Shown in pieces: positions 38,536 to 45,175 of a DNA stretch of 64,000 bases. Origin of the DNA: an uncultured Acidobacteriaceae bacterium. GTDB lineage: Bacteria; Acidobacteriota; Terriglobia; Terriglobales; Acidobacteriaceae. Position 1 is the first letter of the stretch; each line of letters starts with the position of its first letter. Made by a program: the position numbers and the translations under genes. Location of the stretch: the NCBI GenBank assembly GCA_963839195.1, contig CAWITS010000005.1:502477-566476 (forward strand). The letters are read 5' to 3'. The notes under the pieces are model-generated. The model searched no databases. It was given only the letters and a program-made list of their open reading frames with translations, and was not told where the DNA came from.

Positions 38536-38671
38536 ATGTAGCGCCGCCGTCCCGCTGGCTTCTTGCGCCGAGCGAAGGCGAAGGGTCCAGCCGAGCGCAG
38601 CGAGGCGTCGTCCCGCCGCGTGAGACAATACGGCTCACAGAGGGTTCTCATCGGTTTTAGTTGGAAATGAA

Positions 38672-38893
38672 ATGAATCTTCACATCAATGGAGAAGAGCG
38701 GGCATTCGCGGATCAAACGCCATCCGCCAACTTCACCCTCTCGTCCCTGATCGAATCCCTCGCCATGAAGCCCGACCGCGTAGCCGTCGAACTCAACCGC
38801 GAAATCGTTCCCCGCGACCGCTGGCCGCAGACTCTTCTAAAAGACGGCGACCACCTCGAAATCGTCCACTTCGTCGGCGGCGGCCACAGTTGA
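38672..38893 (+). CDS. thiS: sulfur-carrier protein ThiS (with 2-residue extension past the GG terminus)
   Basis: 73 aa. '...[30 protein letters not shown]' matches the ThiS C-terminus, followed by His-Ser before the stop. Confidence 0.8.
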   Translation: MNLHINGEERAFADQTPSANFTLSSLIESLAMKPDRVAVELNREIVPRDRWPQTLLKDGDHLEIVHFVGGGHS

Positions 38894-38929
38894 AGGTGTT
38901 CTCGGAATAGGACGTTTCCTGAGACGAAC

Positions 38930-38990
38930 TGTCATCCTGAGCGGAGCATCTGCTTCACGGAGTGAAGCAGATGCGGAGTCGAAGGATCCC
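38930..38990 (+). repeat. REP-A unit (conserved ends, internal 13-bp hairpin)
   Basis: tgtcatcctgagcggagc - atctgcttcacggagtgaagcagat - gcggagtcgaaggatccc. The same 18-nt ends occur in the inverted copy at 53927-53987. Confidence 0.85.
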
Positions 38991-39151
38991 TTGCCTGTCC
39001 ACGTCAGCTTCTGCCCCACAGGGCATTTCCACGTTTGGCCCGGTTTTTCTACCCTTGGTGAGGCGGCCTGTGACTGCGGTACGCTCTTCCTCACGCTGAG
39101 TTTTTCCGGCCCGCGCATTCTTCTAGTTAACCCTCATTTTCCGAATCGTCG

Positions 39152-39179
39152 TTGACACCGGCCAACTCACGTCTAGAAT
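39152..39179 (+). promoter_or_regulatory. sigma-70-like promoter candidate for the MerR-family gene
   Basis: TTGACA (39152-39157), 16-nt spacer, TAGAAT (39174-39179). About 50 nt upstream of ATG 39228. Confidence 0.4.
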
Positions 39180-39214
39180 GTTTCAAACATTCGACTTGCA
39201 GACTGTTTCAAACA
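39177..39214 (+). promoter_or_regulatory. two TGTTTCAAACA half-palindromic boxes (candidate operator)
   Basis: aatgtttcaaacatt (39177-39191, a 7-1-7 palindrome) overlaps the -10 element. A second tgtttcaaaca lies at 39204-39214. Confidence 0.35.
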
Positions 39215-39227
39215 AATTGCCCAGGAG

Positions 39228-39716
39228 ATGGAACGGGAATTCATGCAAGATAGTTTTTCATCGCACGAGGTGATCGCGGTGACCGGCGTAACTGCCCGCC
39301 AGCTCCAGTGGTGGGACGAGCGGGGCGTGGTCAAGCCGCAGCGGACCGGGCATCGCCGTGTGTATTCCCTGCAAAACCTCACGGAAATGGCCGTCATCTG
39401 CGAGCTGCGCCGCAAAGGTTTCTCTCTTCAGGGAGTCCGCAAGGTGATGCGTTTCCTCGAGCGTGAGTTCGGCAAAGGCTTGGCCGAGATCGTCGGCCGC
39501 AACTCTGACGTTCACCTGCTCACCGACGGCAAACATCTCTTTCTCGAAACTTCGGCGCGCCAGATCGTAGACATCCTGAAGAATTCCAGTCAGCCCATTC
39601 TAGGAATCTGCCTCACCGACGCTGTTCGGCAAGTTAGGGCTGACGTCGTCGCCAGAAAAGCGAGTACCTCCGTAACATCGCCGACGATGCGTCGGCGTGC
39701 TAGAAAAGCTTCTTAG
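39228..39716 (+). CDS. MerR-family transcriptional regulator
   Basis: 162 aa. 'SSHEVIAVTGVTARQLQWWDERGVVKPQRTGHRRVYSLQNLTEMAVICELRRKGFSLQGVRKVM' is a MerR-type winged HTH. Confidence 0.8.
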   Translation: MEREFMQDSFSSHEVIAVTGVTARQLQWWDERGVVKPQRTGHRRVYSLQNLTEMAVICELRRKGFSLQGVRKVMRFLEREFGKGLAEIVGRNSDVHLLTDGKHLFLETSARQIVDILKNSSQPILGICLTDAVRQVRADVVARKASTSVTSPTMRRRARKAS

Positions 39717-39771
39717 GCAGCAAGTGCGTATCGAAGCATTGGGTCGAGCTAGCGGAACATAGGAGGAATGC

Positions 39772-40035
39772 ATGGTCGGAGAACTTGACATTCTGAATGA
39801 ATGGATTCCCGAACAAATGCAGCCCGGAACAATTTTTGTCCTCGAAAACGCCGGCGAAGTTGGCGAGAAAGAAGATCCTTACTGGGCCGTGCTGGCCTGC
39901 CCATCCTGCGGCATGCTGGGCCTGATCACGCGGCGGCAGATCAACGGCTTGATGCCAGTCATCTGCGGCTCGGAGCACTGCTCGGCGCAGTTTTTCATTC
40001 GCGAGAGCGAAGTGGTTGTGCGCAAACCGTTTTAG
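39772..40035 (+). CDS. small hypothetical protein with Zn-ribbon-like Cys pattern
   Basis: 87 aa. 'CPSCG ... CGSEHC'. Followed by a terminator-like hairpin. Confidence 0.5.
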   Translation: MVGELDILNEWIPEQMQPGTIFVLENAGEVGEKEDPYWAVLACPSCGMLGLITRRQINGLMPVICGSEHCSAQFFIRESEVVVRKPF

Positions 40036-40041
40036 AAAACG

Positions 40042-40069
40042 GGCCGCGCCCTGCGGCCTTTAGTTTTTT
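40042..40069 (+). terminator. intrinsic-terminator-like hairpin
   Basis: ggccgc-gccct-gcggcc followed by tttagtttttt. The T-tract overlaps the last codons of the convergent ribBA. Confidence 0.5.
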
Positions 40070-41238
40070 CCTGCCTTTACTCCGTTCAATTCCACTGGGA
40101 CCTGATCGACGATTTCTATTCCGAAGCCTTCGAGGGCGGCCACACGTTTGGGCCTATTGGTCAGCAGGCGGATGCGGCGCAGGTTCAGGTCGGAAAGAAT
40201 CTGGGCGCCGATTCCGATTTCGCGTTGGGTCTGGCGCTCGTTATCGAGTAGTGACGGGAGCTTGCGGCCGCGATGGAAGCTGAGCGCGCTGCGCTCGCCG
40301 GCTTTCTCGATCGAAAACCCCTTTGAGGTTTGGTGTAAATAAATAAGAGCGCCGCGTCCTTCCTGGGCGATGCGGCGCAGCGAACCCTCCAGCGTGGCGT
40401 GACACTCGCAGCCGGTTGCGCCGAACACGTCTCCCATCAGGCAGTGGGCGTGCATGCGGACCAGCACTGGCGCTTCGTTCTTCTCGTCTTTATTTTCTAC
40501 GTCTCCTTTAATTAAGGCCACGTGTGATTCGCCGCCATCGACCTCGCTTTCATAAGCAATGAGGCGGAATTCTCCGAAGCGTGTGTCAACCAGTGCTTCG
40601 CCTACGCGATGCACGTAACGCTCGTGCGCCATGCGGTAGCGGATCAGCTCTGCGACGGTCAGCATCTTCATGTTGTGCTGGTGGCAGAACTCGATGAGGT
40701 CTGGGACGCGGGCCATGGTGCCATCGTCCTTCATGATTTCGCAGATGATGCCGGCGGGAATCAGTCCGGCGAGGCGCGCCAGGTCTACTGAGGCTTCGGT
40801 TTGTCCGGCGCGGACTAGCACTCCGCCTTTGCGGGCGCGGAGGGGGAAGACGTGGCCGGGGCGCGCGAGATCTGACGCTTGCGTGGACGGGTCGATCGCC
40901 ACCTGAATGGTGCGGGCGCGATCGTAGGCGGAGATGCCGGTGGTCACTCCCTCGCGCGCGTCGATGGCTTCGCAGAATGCGGTGCCGTATTGCGACGTGT
41001 TCTCGGCGCTCATGGGGCCGATGCGGAGGTGAGCGAGGCGCTCCTCGGTCATGGTGAGGCAGACCAGGCCGCGTCCATACTTGGCCATGAAGTTGATGGC
41101 TTCGGGCGTGACCTTTTCGGCGGCGAGGGTGATGTCGCCTTCATTCTCGCGGTCTTCATCGTCGACGACCACGATCATGCGGCCAGCGCGGATCTCCTCG
41201 ATAGCGGTGGGGACGTCGGCGAAGGATTCGTGATTCAT
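40060..41238 (-). CDS. ribBA: bifunctional 3,4-dihydroxy-2-butanone-4-phosphate synthase / GTP cyclohydrolase II
   Basis: 392 aa. '[15 protein letters not shown]' is the DHBPS part. '[20 protein letters not shown]' is the GCH-II zinc site. Confidence 0.93.
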   Translation of the reverse strand: MNHESFADVPTAIEEIRAGRMIVVVDDEDRENEGDITLAAEKVTPEAINFMAKYGRGLVCLTMTEERLAHLRIGPMSAENTSQYGTAFCEAIDAREGVTTGISAYDRARTIQVAIDPSTQASDLARPGHVFPLRARKGGVLVRAGQTEASVDLARLAGLIPAGIICEIMKDDGTMARVPDLIEFCHQHNMKMLTVAELIRYRMAHERYVHRVGEALVDTRFGEFRLIAYESEVDGGESHVALIKGDVENKDEKNEAPVLVRMHAHCLMGDVFGATGCECHATLEGSLRRIAQEGRGALIYLHQTSKGFSIEKAGERSALSFHRGRKLPSLLDNERQTQREIGIGAQILSDLNLRRIRLLTNRPKRVAALEGFGIEIVDQVPVELNGVKAGKN

Positions 41239-41244
41239 GATTGG

Positions 41245-41532
41245 CTACCCCTTCCTCGCCCGCTGCGGACCGTGAGAGCGCGACAGGTACTGCTGATCGA
41301 GGGCTTGGCGAATGAGAGTCTTAATCACTGCCTGACGGCTGACGTTCAGTTCCTGAGCGGCTCTGTCCAGCTCTTCTAACATGCCGGGCGCGAGATCCAC
41401 GTTCACCCTTTGGATTGGACTCATCATCTGGCCCTTGTTGGTGAAGAACCGGGAGACGTCCGCGCCCCGGTCGGCCAGCCGCGCAATGGTTTCAGCGGAT
41501 GCTGCCTTTCGCGTCTTATGAGTGCTCTTCAT
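41245..41532 (-). CDS. brnA: BrnA-family (CopG/RHH) antitoxin
   Basis: 95 aa. 'VNVDLAPGMLEELDRAAQELNVSRQAVIKTLIRQAL'. 17-nt overlap with the upstream brnT. The stop is 6 nt before the ribBA ATG. Confidence 0.75.
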   Translation of the reverse strand: MKSTHKTRKAASAETIARLADRGADVSRFFTNKGQMMSPIQRVNVDLAPGMLEELDRAAQELNVSRQAVIKTLIRQALDQQYLSRSHGPQRARKG

Positions 41533-41794
41533 AAAGTTGCCGCTCCTGCTTTGTGGCTTTCCAGAGCGTCACCAGGTGGTAATACTCTTCTTGCTCGTCC
41601 TCACGCACCTCGAAGATCAGAGAGTACAAACCTTCTCCAACCCAGCCGATGGCACGATACTGTTCGGGGAAGTCCGAGCGTTGGTCGAGGTAGTAAGGGT
41701 GGTCAAAAAGTCCCTGCGCCTCTTCGAATCCGATTCCCCGTTTCGGATTGGCTCTTAAACGCTCACTCTTGCGCTGATCGAAATCAAATCGCAT
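41516..41794 (-). CDS. brnT: BrnT-family (DUF497) toxin
   Basis: 92 aa. 'MRFDFDQRKSERLRANPKRGIGFEEA ... YRAIGWV...LYSLIFEVRED..YHLVTLWKATKQERQLYE'. Confidence 0.75.
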   Translation of the reverse strand: MRFDFDQRKSERLRANPKRGIGFEEAQGLFDHPYYLDQRSDFPEQYRAIGWVGEGLYSLIFEVREDEQEEYYHLVTLWKATKQERQLYEEHS

Positions 41795-41796
41795 GA

Positions 41797-41811
41797 GTAT
41801 AACTGTTATAC
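41797..41811. promoter_or_regulatory. 15-bp perfect palindrome immediately upstream of brnT (candidate BrnA operator)
   Basis: gtataac-t-gttatac at 41797-41811, 3-17 nt upstream of the brnT ATG (41794-41792). Confidence 0.4.
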
Positions 41812-41931
41812 CACATCAGTGGGAGCCCGTCGAGGCCAAAATGCGCATTGTCATGCTGAAGTTCGCGTTCTCTGCGGGCTGAAGCGCCTGTGTATTCGCC
41901 GACAGCGTCGGCGCCGCAGGCGAGTTGCATA

Positions 41932-41984
41932 GGTCCTTGGGAGTCCTCGGCTTTCGCCGAGGACTCCGCTGCCTCAGGATGACA
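41932..41984 (-). repeat. REP-A unit (inverted orientation)
   Basis: The reverse complement reads tgtcatcctgaggcagc - ggagtcctcggcgaaagccgaggactcc - caaggacc. Confidence 0.8.
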
Positions 41985-42324
41985 AGGGGCTGGGTAGCGA
42001 AGGGCCGTTTCCCGCTTACCTGTGGATTTCGGGTGCAAATATTTTTTTCCGGGCCTGCGTGGAACAGCTTTCTCTGTTCCATTCGACGCTTTGATTTTGA
42101 AAAGAACGTTGATACCCCCTCCCCCCTGGGTCTCGTGGAATCATTGGGTTAGCAAGAAATTCCTCGCAAAATCCGGAGCCTAAATAACTTAGAGATCAAA
42201 ATCTTGGAAGCAAAGGAGTTACGGCTTGGCTTCATTCGGTTAGCTGTGCTGCCTGTGCTGGGGCAATGATGAAGGAATTTTGAGTGAGGCGCAAGGTTAG
42301 ATGTCACAGGAGGGCTGTGGAGAA

Positions 42325-42612
42325 TCACATGAGTTCAAAATCCCAGGAGGGTTGCCTGCGAGGAAGAAGATATATGTCGAGAGGTACAAATACCTCTTCT
42401 GTTTGTTTTGGCTTGAGCAGATCCTTGAAGGAAATCTCCTCAGACCAACGTCTCACTTCCAGCTGGTGTGAAGCGATGGCAGCATTGATTCCGTCTTCGG
42501 ACGAAGAAACCGTGACATTCCAGCGAGCGACAAGTTGCTGCAGGGAATGAAACGCTTGTTTGCAGAACTCTGTCGTCAGTGAGCTTTCAACGGTGCCCAG
42601 AAGGTCTGACAT
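42325..42612 (-). CDS. hypothetical ORF, possibly a 5' gene remnant, in an AT-richer segment
   Basis: 95 aa ORF (MSDLLGTVESSLTTEF...EVFVPLDIYLLPRR). It ends abruptly with no recognisable domain. The surrounding 42.1-42.7 kb is visibly AT-richer than the rest of the window. Confidence 0.25.
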   Translation of the reverse strand: MSDLLGTVESSLTTEFCKQAFHSLQQLVARWNVTVSSSEDGINAAIASHQLEVRRWSEEISFKDLLKPKQTEEVFVPLDIYLLPRRQPSWDFELM

Positions 42613-42847
42613 GGTTTGTTGTTATGCTACCAAACAGCCGGGGGTCCCAGACGCTTATCTGGACGGGGTCGAATGGTGGGCTTGCCCCCCTACCCCGCCG
42701 CCTCAGGGTGACGGCGTGTGCGGAAGTCAAAAATCCTATGTGGTTGAGATGTGTGGAATCCCACCTTTCGCAAAAAACGCGAAAGATGGGGCACCCGTCA
42801 GCAGTGATCGCGCCGGCCCTGGAAGCAGGTTCCTCACCGGGTTTGGC

Positions 42848-42897
42848 GCCCGGTTCGGAATGACATCCCTTGGCTTGAGGTGCCGTTCGGAATGACA
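42848..42897 (-). repeat. two tandem REP-A variant ends (TGTCATTCCGAAC type)
   Basis: gcccggttcggaatgaca (42848-42865) and gccgttcggaatgaca (42882-42897). Confidence 0.7.
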
Positions 42898-42913
42898 AGG
42901 GTTTGGGATGGGG

Positions 42914-43207
42914 CTAGCGGGTGGTATTGGATTGGGCTTCCATGTAGGAGCGGAGGATGGCGTTGATGCGGGTTTGGTAGCCTTTGCCGTGCTTTTTGAG
43001 CCACTGGACGACGTCGTGGTCGACGCGGATGGTTAGGCGGTCTTTTGGTTCCGGCAGGGTGAGCTTGGCTGTGGCCCAGAAAGATTTGCCGAGCTTGGGG
43101 ATGTCGGAGAAGTCGATTTCGGAATCGCGCAGGGCGCGCAGGCGTTTGAAGTCAGTGGCGCCTCTGGAGCGTGAGCGAGAGGTGGTTTGCGTAAGCTTGC
43201 CTTTCAT
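42914..43207 (-). CDS. brnA: BrnA-family antitoxin (second copy)
   Basis: 97 aa. '...DFSDIPKLGKSFWATAKLTLPEPKDRLTIRVDHDVVQWLKKHGKGYQTRINAILRSYMEA'. Confidence 0.7.
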   Translation of the reverse strand: MKGKLTQTTSRSRSRGATDFKRLRALRDSEIDFSDIPKLGKSFWATAKLTLPEPKDRLTIRVDHDVVQWLKKHGKGYQTRINAILRSYMEAQSNTTR

Positions 43208-43439
43208 CGCGATGTGCCCTCCTGGCGGAAATGATGCGACGGCGTTTGCCGCGGATTGCGTAGACCACTACGATCTCTACGTCTTCGAGAAGGCCGACGG
43301 CTAGTACGCGGTCTTCTCCGCGGCTGCGGGCCGCTTTCTCGAATGTCGGCCGTTCAAAAATCCGTATTGCATCCTGGAAGTCGATGTGATGCTTGACGAG
43401 ATTGGACTGGCGCTTGCTCTCGTCCCACTCGAAAAGCAT
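43152..43439 (-). CDS. brnT: BrnT-family (DUF497) toxin (second copy)
   Basis: 95 aa. 'MLFEWDESKRQSNLVKHHIDFQDA ... RVLAVGLLEDVEIVVVYAIRGKRRRIISARRAHRDERQAY'. Overlaps the downstream brnA by 56 nt. Confidence 0.7.
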   Translation of the reverse strand: MLFEWDESKRQSNLVKHHIDFQDAIRIFERPTFEKAARSRGEDRVLAVGLLEDVEIVVVYAIRGKRRRIISARRAHRDERQAYANHLSLTLQRRH

Positions 43440-43568
43440 GTTGCGGCTCCAAGCCTTGGTTTGAGGATATCAGAGTATGCACAGGATGTACATACGATTC
43501 TCAGAGAGTCAGAATCCCAGTGAGGTTAGGGTCGTGGAATCCCGGCGGAGGTCGGTCGCGGTCAGAGA

Positions 43569-43613
43569 GTCGAGCTTCGCTCGAGGGACAGCCGAGGGCG
43601 GCTGTCCCCACAT
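43569..43613 (+). repeat. REP-C: 45-nt double-hairpin unit
   Basis: gtcgagcttcgctcgagggacagccgagggcggctgtccccacat. 42/45 identical to 48225-48269. Confidence 0.85.
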
Positions 43614-43620
43614 TAGGAAC

Positions 43621-44232
43621 TTATCCTGCCAGCTCTTTTTCTGCTCCTCGAAACAGCTTGCGCATGGCTTGGACTACGGCTCTTGCCAGCAGCACGATTA
43701 CTGCTACCAGGGCTAGCGCTATTGTCGCCGCGGCGTAGGGGTGGCGGGTGGCTAGCCAGGTTAGGGAGATGGCCAGGGCGTCCTCGGCGAGGCTTAGGGT
43801 GATGTTCGAGACGGGCTCGGGGCTTGGGGTTACGGCGGCGCGGAGAGCGGTTTTGCCGGAGTGGGCAGCTAGGGCTATGGCTGCTCCCAGGGCGGCTGCT
43901 AGTAACTGCTCGCCGGGAGATAGCTGGCGGGTGGCTCCGTAGGCTAGGAGGGCGGCTACGGGGACTCGGACGAAGGTGTGGAGGGCGCTCCAGATCAGGT
44001 CGAAGGCGGGGATCTTGTCGGCGAAGAACTCTATGGCGAAGAGAGTTGTGCTGGCTGCGATTATGGGCCAGGTTTGTAGGAGTTCGAGGGCTGGCGGGAG
44101 GGGGACGTGTCCGAAACGGGCTAGCAGGCCTAGGGCCGCTACTGTGGCGTAGACGTTCAGGCCGGTGGCGAAGGCTACGGCTGCCAGGACTGCGAAGAGT
44201 TCGGGTAGCGGGATTTTGAGGAGATTGAGCAT
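43621..44232 (-). CDS. DUF4126-like integral membrane protein
   Basis: 203 aa, multi-TM. 'FAIEFFADKIPAFDLIWSALHTF' resembles the DUF4126 signature. Confidence 0.6.
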   Translation of the reverse strand: MLNLLKIPLPELFAVLAAVAFATGLNVYATVAALGLLARFGHVPLPPALELLQTWPIIAASTTLFAIEFFADKIPAFDLIWSALHTFVRVPVAALLAYGATRQLSPGEQLLAAALGAAIALAAHSGKTALRAAVTPSPEPVSNITLSLAEDALAISLTWLATRHPYAAATIALALVAVIVLLARAVVQAMRKLFRGAEKELAG

Positions 44233-44277
44233 GGGCGCTGATCTGCTTCCCCGGAAGTAGGGTGTAAGATCCCTCGG

Positions 44278-44347
44278 GGGCTAAAGCCCGAAGCGATTGT
44301 AGACGCTTTTCGCGGCGCTGAAGCGCCGCTCTTCCACGTTACTGCGG
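44278..44347 (+). repeat. REP-B element
   Basis: gggctaaagccc ... ggcgctgaagcgccgctcttccacgttactgcgg. The last 34 nt are 33/34 identical to 62535-62568. Confidence 0.8.
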
Positions 44348-44362
44348 GTGTCCCATAGCGTT

Positions 44363-44397
44363 CCAAAAAGCAAAAGGGTCGCCTTTCGGCGACCCTT
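44363..44397 (-). terminator. rho-independent terminator
   Basis: 10-bp stem aagggtcgcc/ggcgaccctt (44374-44383 / 44388-44397), loop tttc. On the minus strand it is followed by TTGCTTTTTGG. Lies 20 nt downstream of the stop of the 44418-44645 ORF. Confidence 0.7.
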
Positions 44398-44417
44398 GGG
44401 AATCCTTACGGATGTGG

Positions 44418-44645
44418 TTACAGAGTGGATTCGATTTCGAAGCCCCAGGCTTCGAGCAGGGGCTCGGGGATGTATTTTGAGTTCTTGTTGCGGCGGGCCC
44501 ACTCGCGCAGGCGGGTTGAGCGCAGGTATTGGTCTGGGGTTAGCTTGTATTCGCGCACTACCTGCTCGAACTCGGTGATGGTGGGGACGATCGGGCCGAT
44601 GGGCTCGGGCTTGCCCCAGTTGGGATTTCCGCGACGCTTCGCCAT
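44418..44645 (-). CDS. small hypothetical protein
   Basis: 75 aa (MAKRRGNPNWGKPEPIG...). Clean ATG start and its own terminator. Confidence 0.55.
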   Translation of the reverse strand: MAKRRGNPNWGKPEPIGPIVPTITEFEQVVREYKLTPDQYLRSTRLREWARRNKNSKYIPEPLLEAWGFEIESTL

Positions 44646-45175
44646 TTAAAATGCCTTTCCTACAAAGAGGGAATGGAATCGATCGATTGCTCTATCTATA
44701 TGATTCTCCGGAGGCTATTGGGATTCATGGAAAAGCACAAACTGGGTTGCACAACTCGGCTTGCCCCTACCCTAGTGCTCCAACGTTGTTCGGAGACTCA
44801 GCATGTTAGGGCAATATGGGGCTTAAGTCAATTGGAATTTGCGCGGTATCACTTTAGTAAGCCATTTCTAAGTATCTGGATTCATTGTTGTTATTGCATG
44901 AAGCTCGGCTTGCGCTCGCGGGTTCGACCCCGGCGCCTGACGGCGCGATTGATATGAATCGATCGGACGACGCTCAATCGGAGTTTCCCGCCAGGCAGTC
45001 CGCTCGAGCCGGCGTTACGCTCGTAACCCGTGGCGCAAAGGGGCCATTGAACGAGCTTTTGGAGCGGCTTACAGTGGGATAGGCGTCGTGTCTTGCCTGG
45101 ATTTCAGGCGAAACACGCCCGTTACGGCTCAGGTTGGGAGACCACGACCGGGCTGGAAGGATTTAAGACCGGGTT

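Noticed and set aside
41239-42100. FMN riboswitch upstream of ribBA, and TPP riboswitch upstream of thiS (38536-38671)
   Set aside because: I could not find the conserved FMN core (GGTGAAATTCC..., CCGACAG...) or the TPP CTGAGA/ACCTGATCTGGATAATGCCAGCG-like core by eye. The ribBA upstream region is coding (brnTA). An Infernal scan would be decisive.
42560-42898. ORFs 42560-42895(+), 42579-42863(+) and 42587-42898(-)
   Set aside because: They are mutually overlapping on both strands and run through REP-like sequence (...cccacctttcgcaaaaaacgcgaaagatggggcaccc..., cggttcggaatgaca x2). Their peptides are typical repeat-encoded pseudo-proteins.
44918-44937. tRNA or tmRNA gene at gcgggttcgaccccggcgcc
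   Set aside because: Only a T-arm-like segment is present and its loop length is non-canonical. No acceptor, D or anticodon arms can be folded from the flanks, and there is no CCA-compatible end. It is kept only as a possible att-scar hint.
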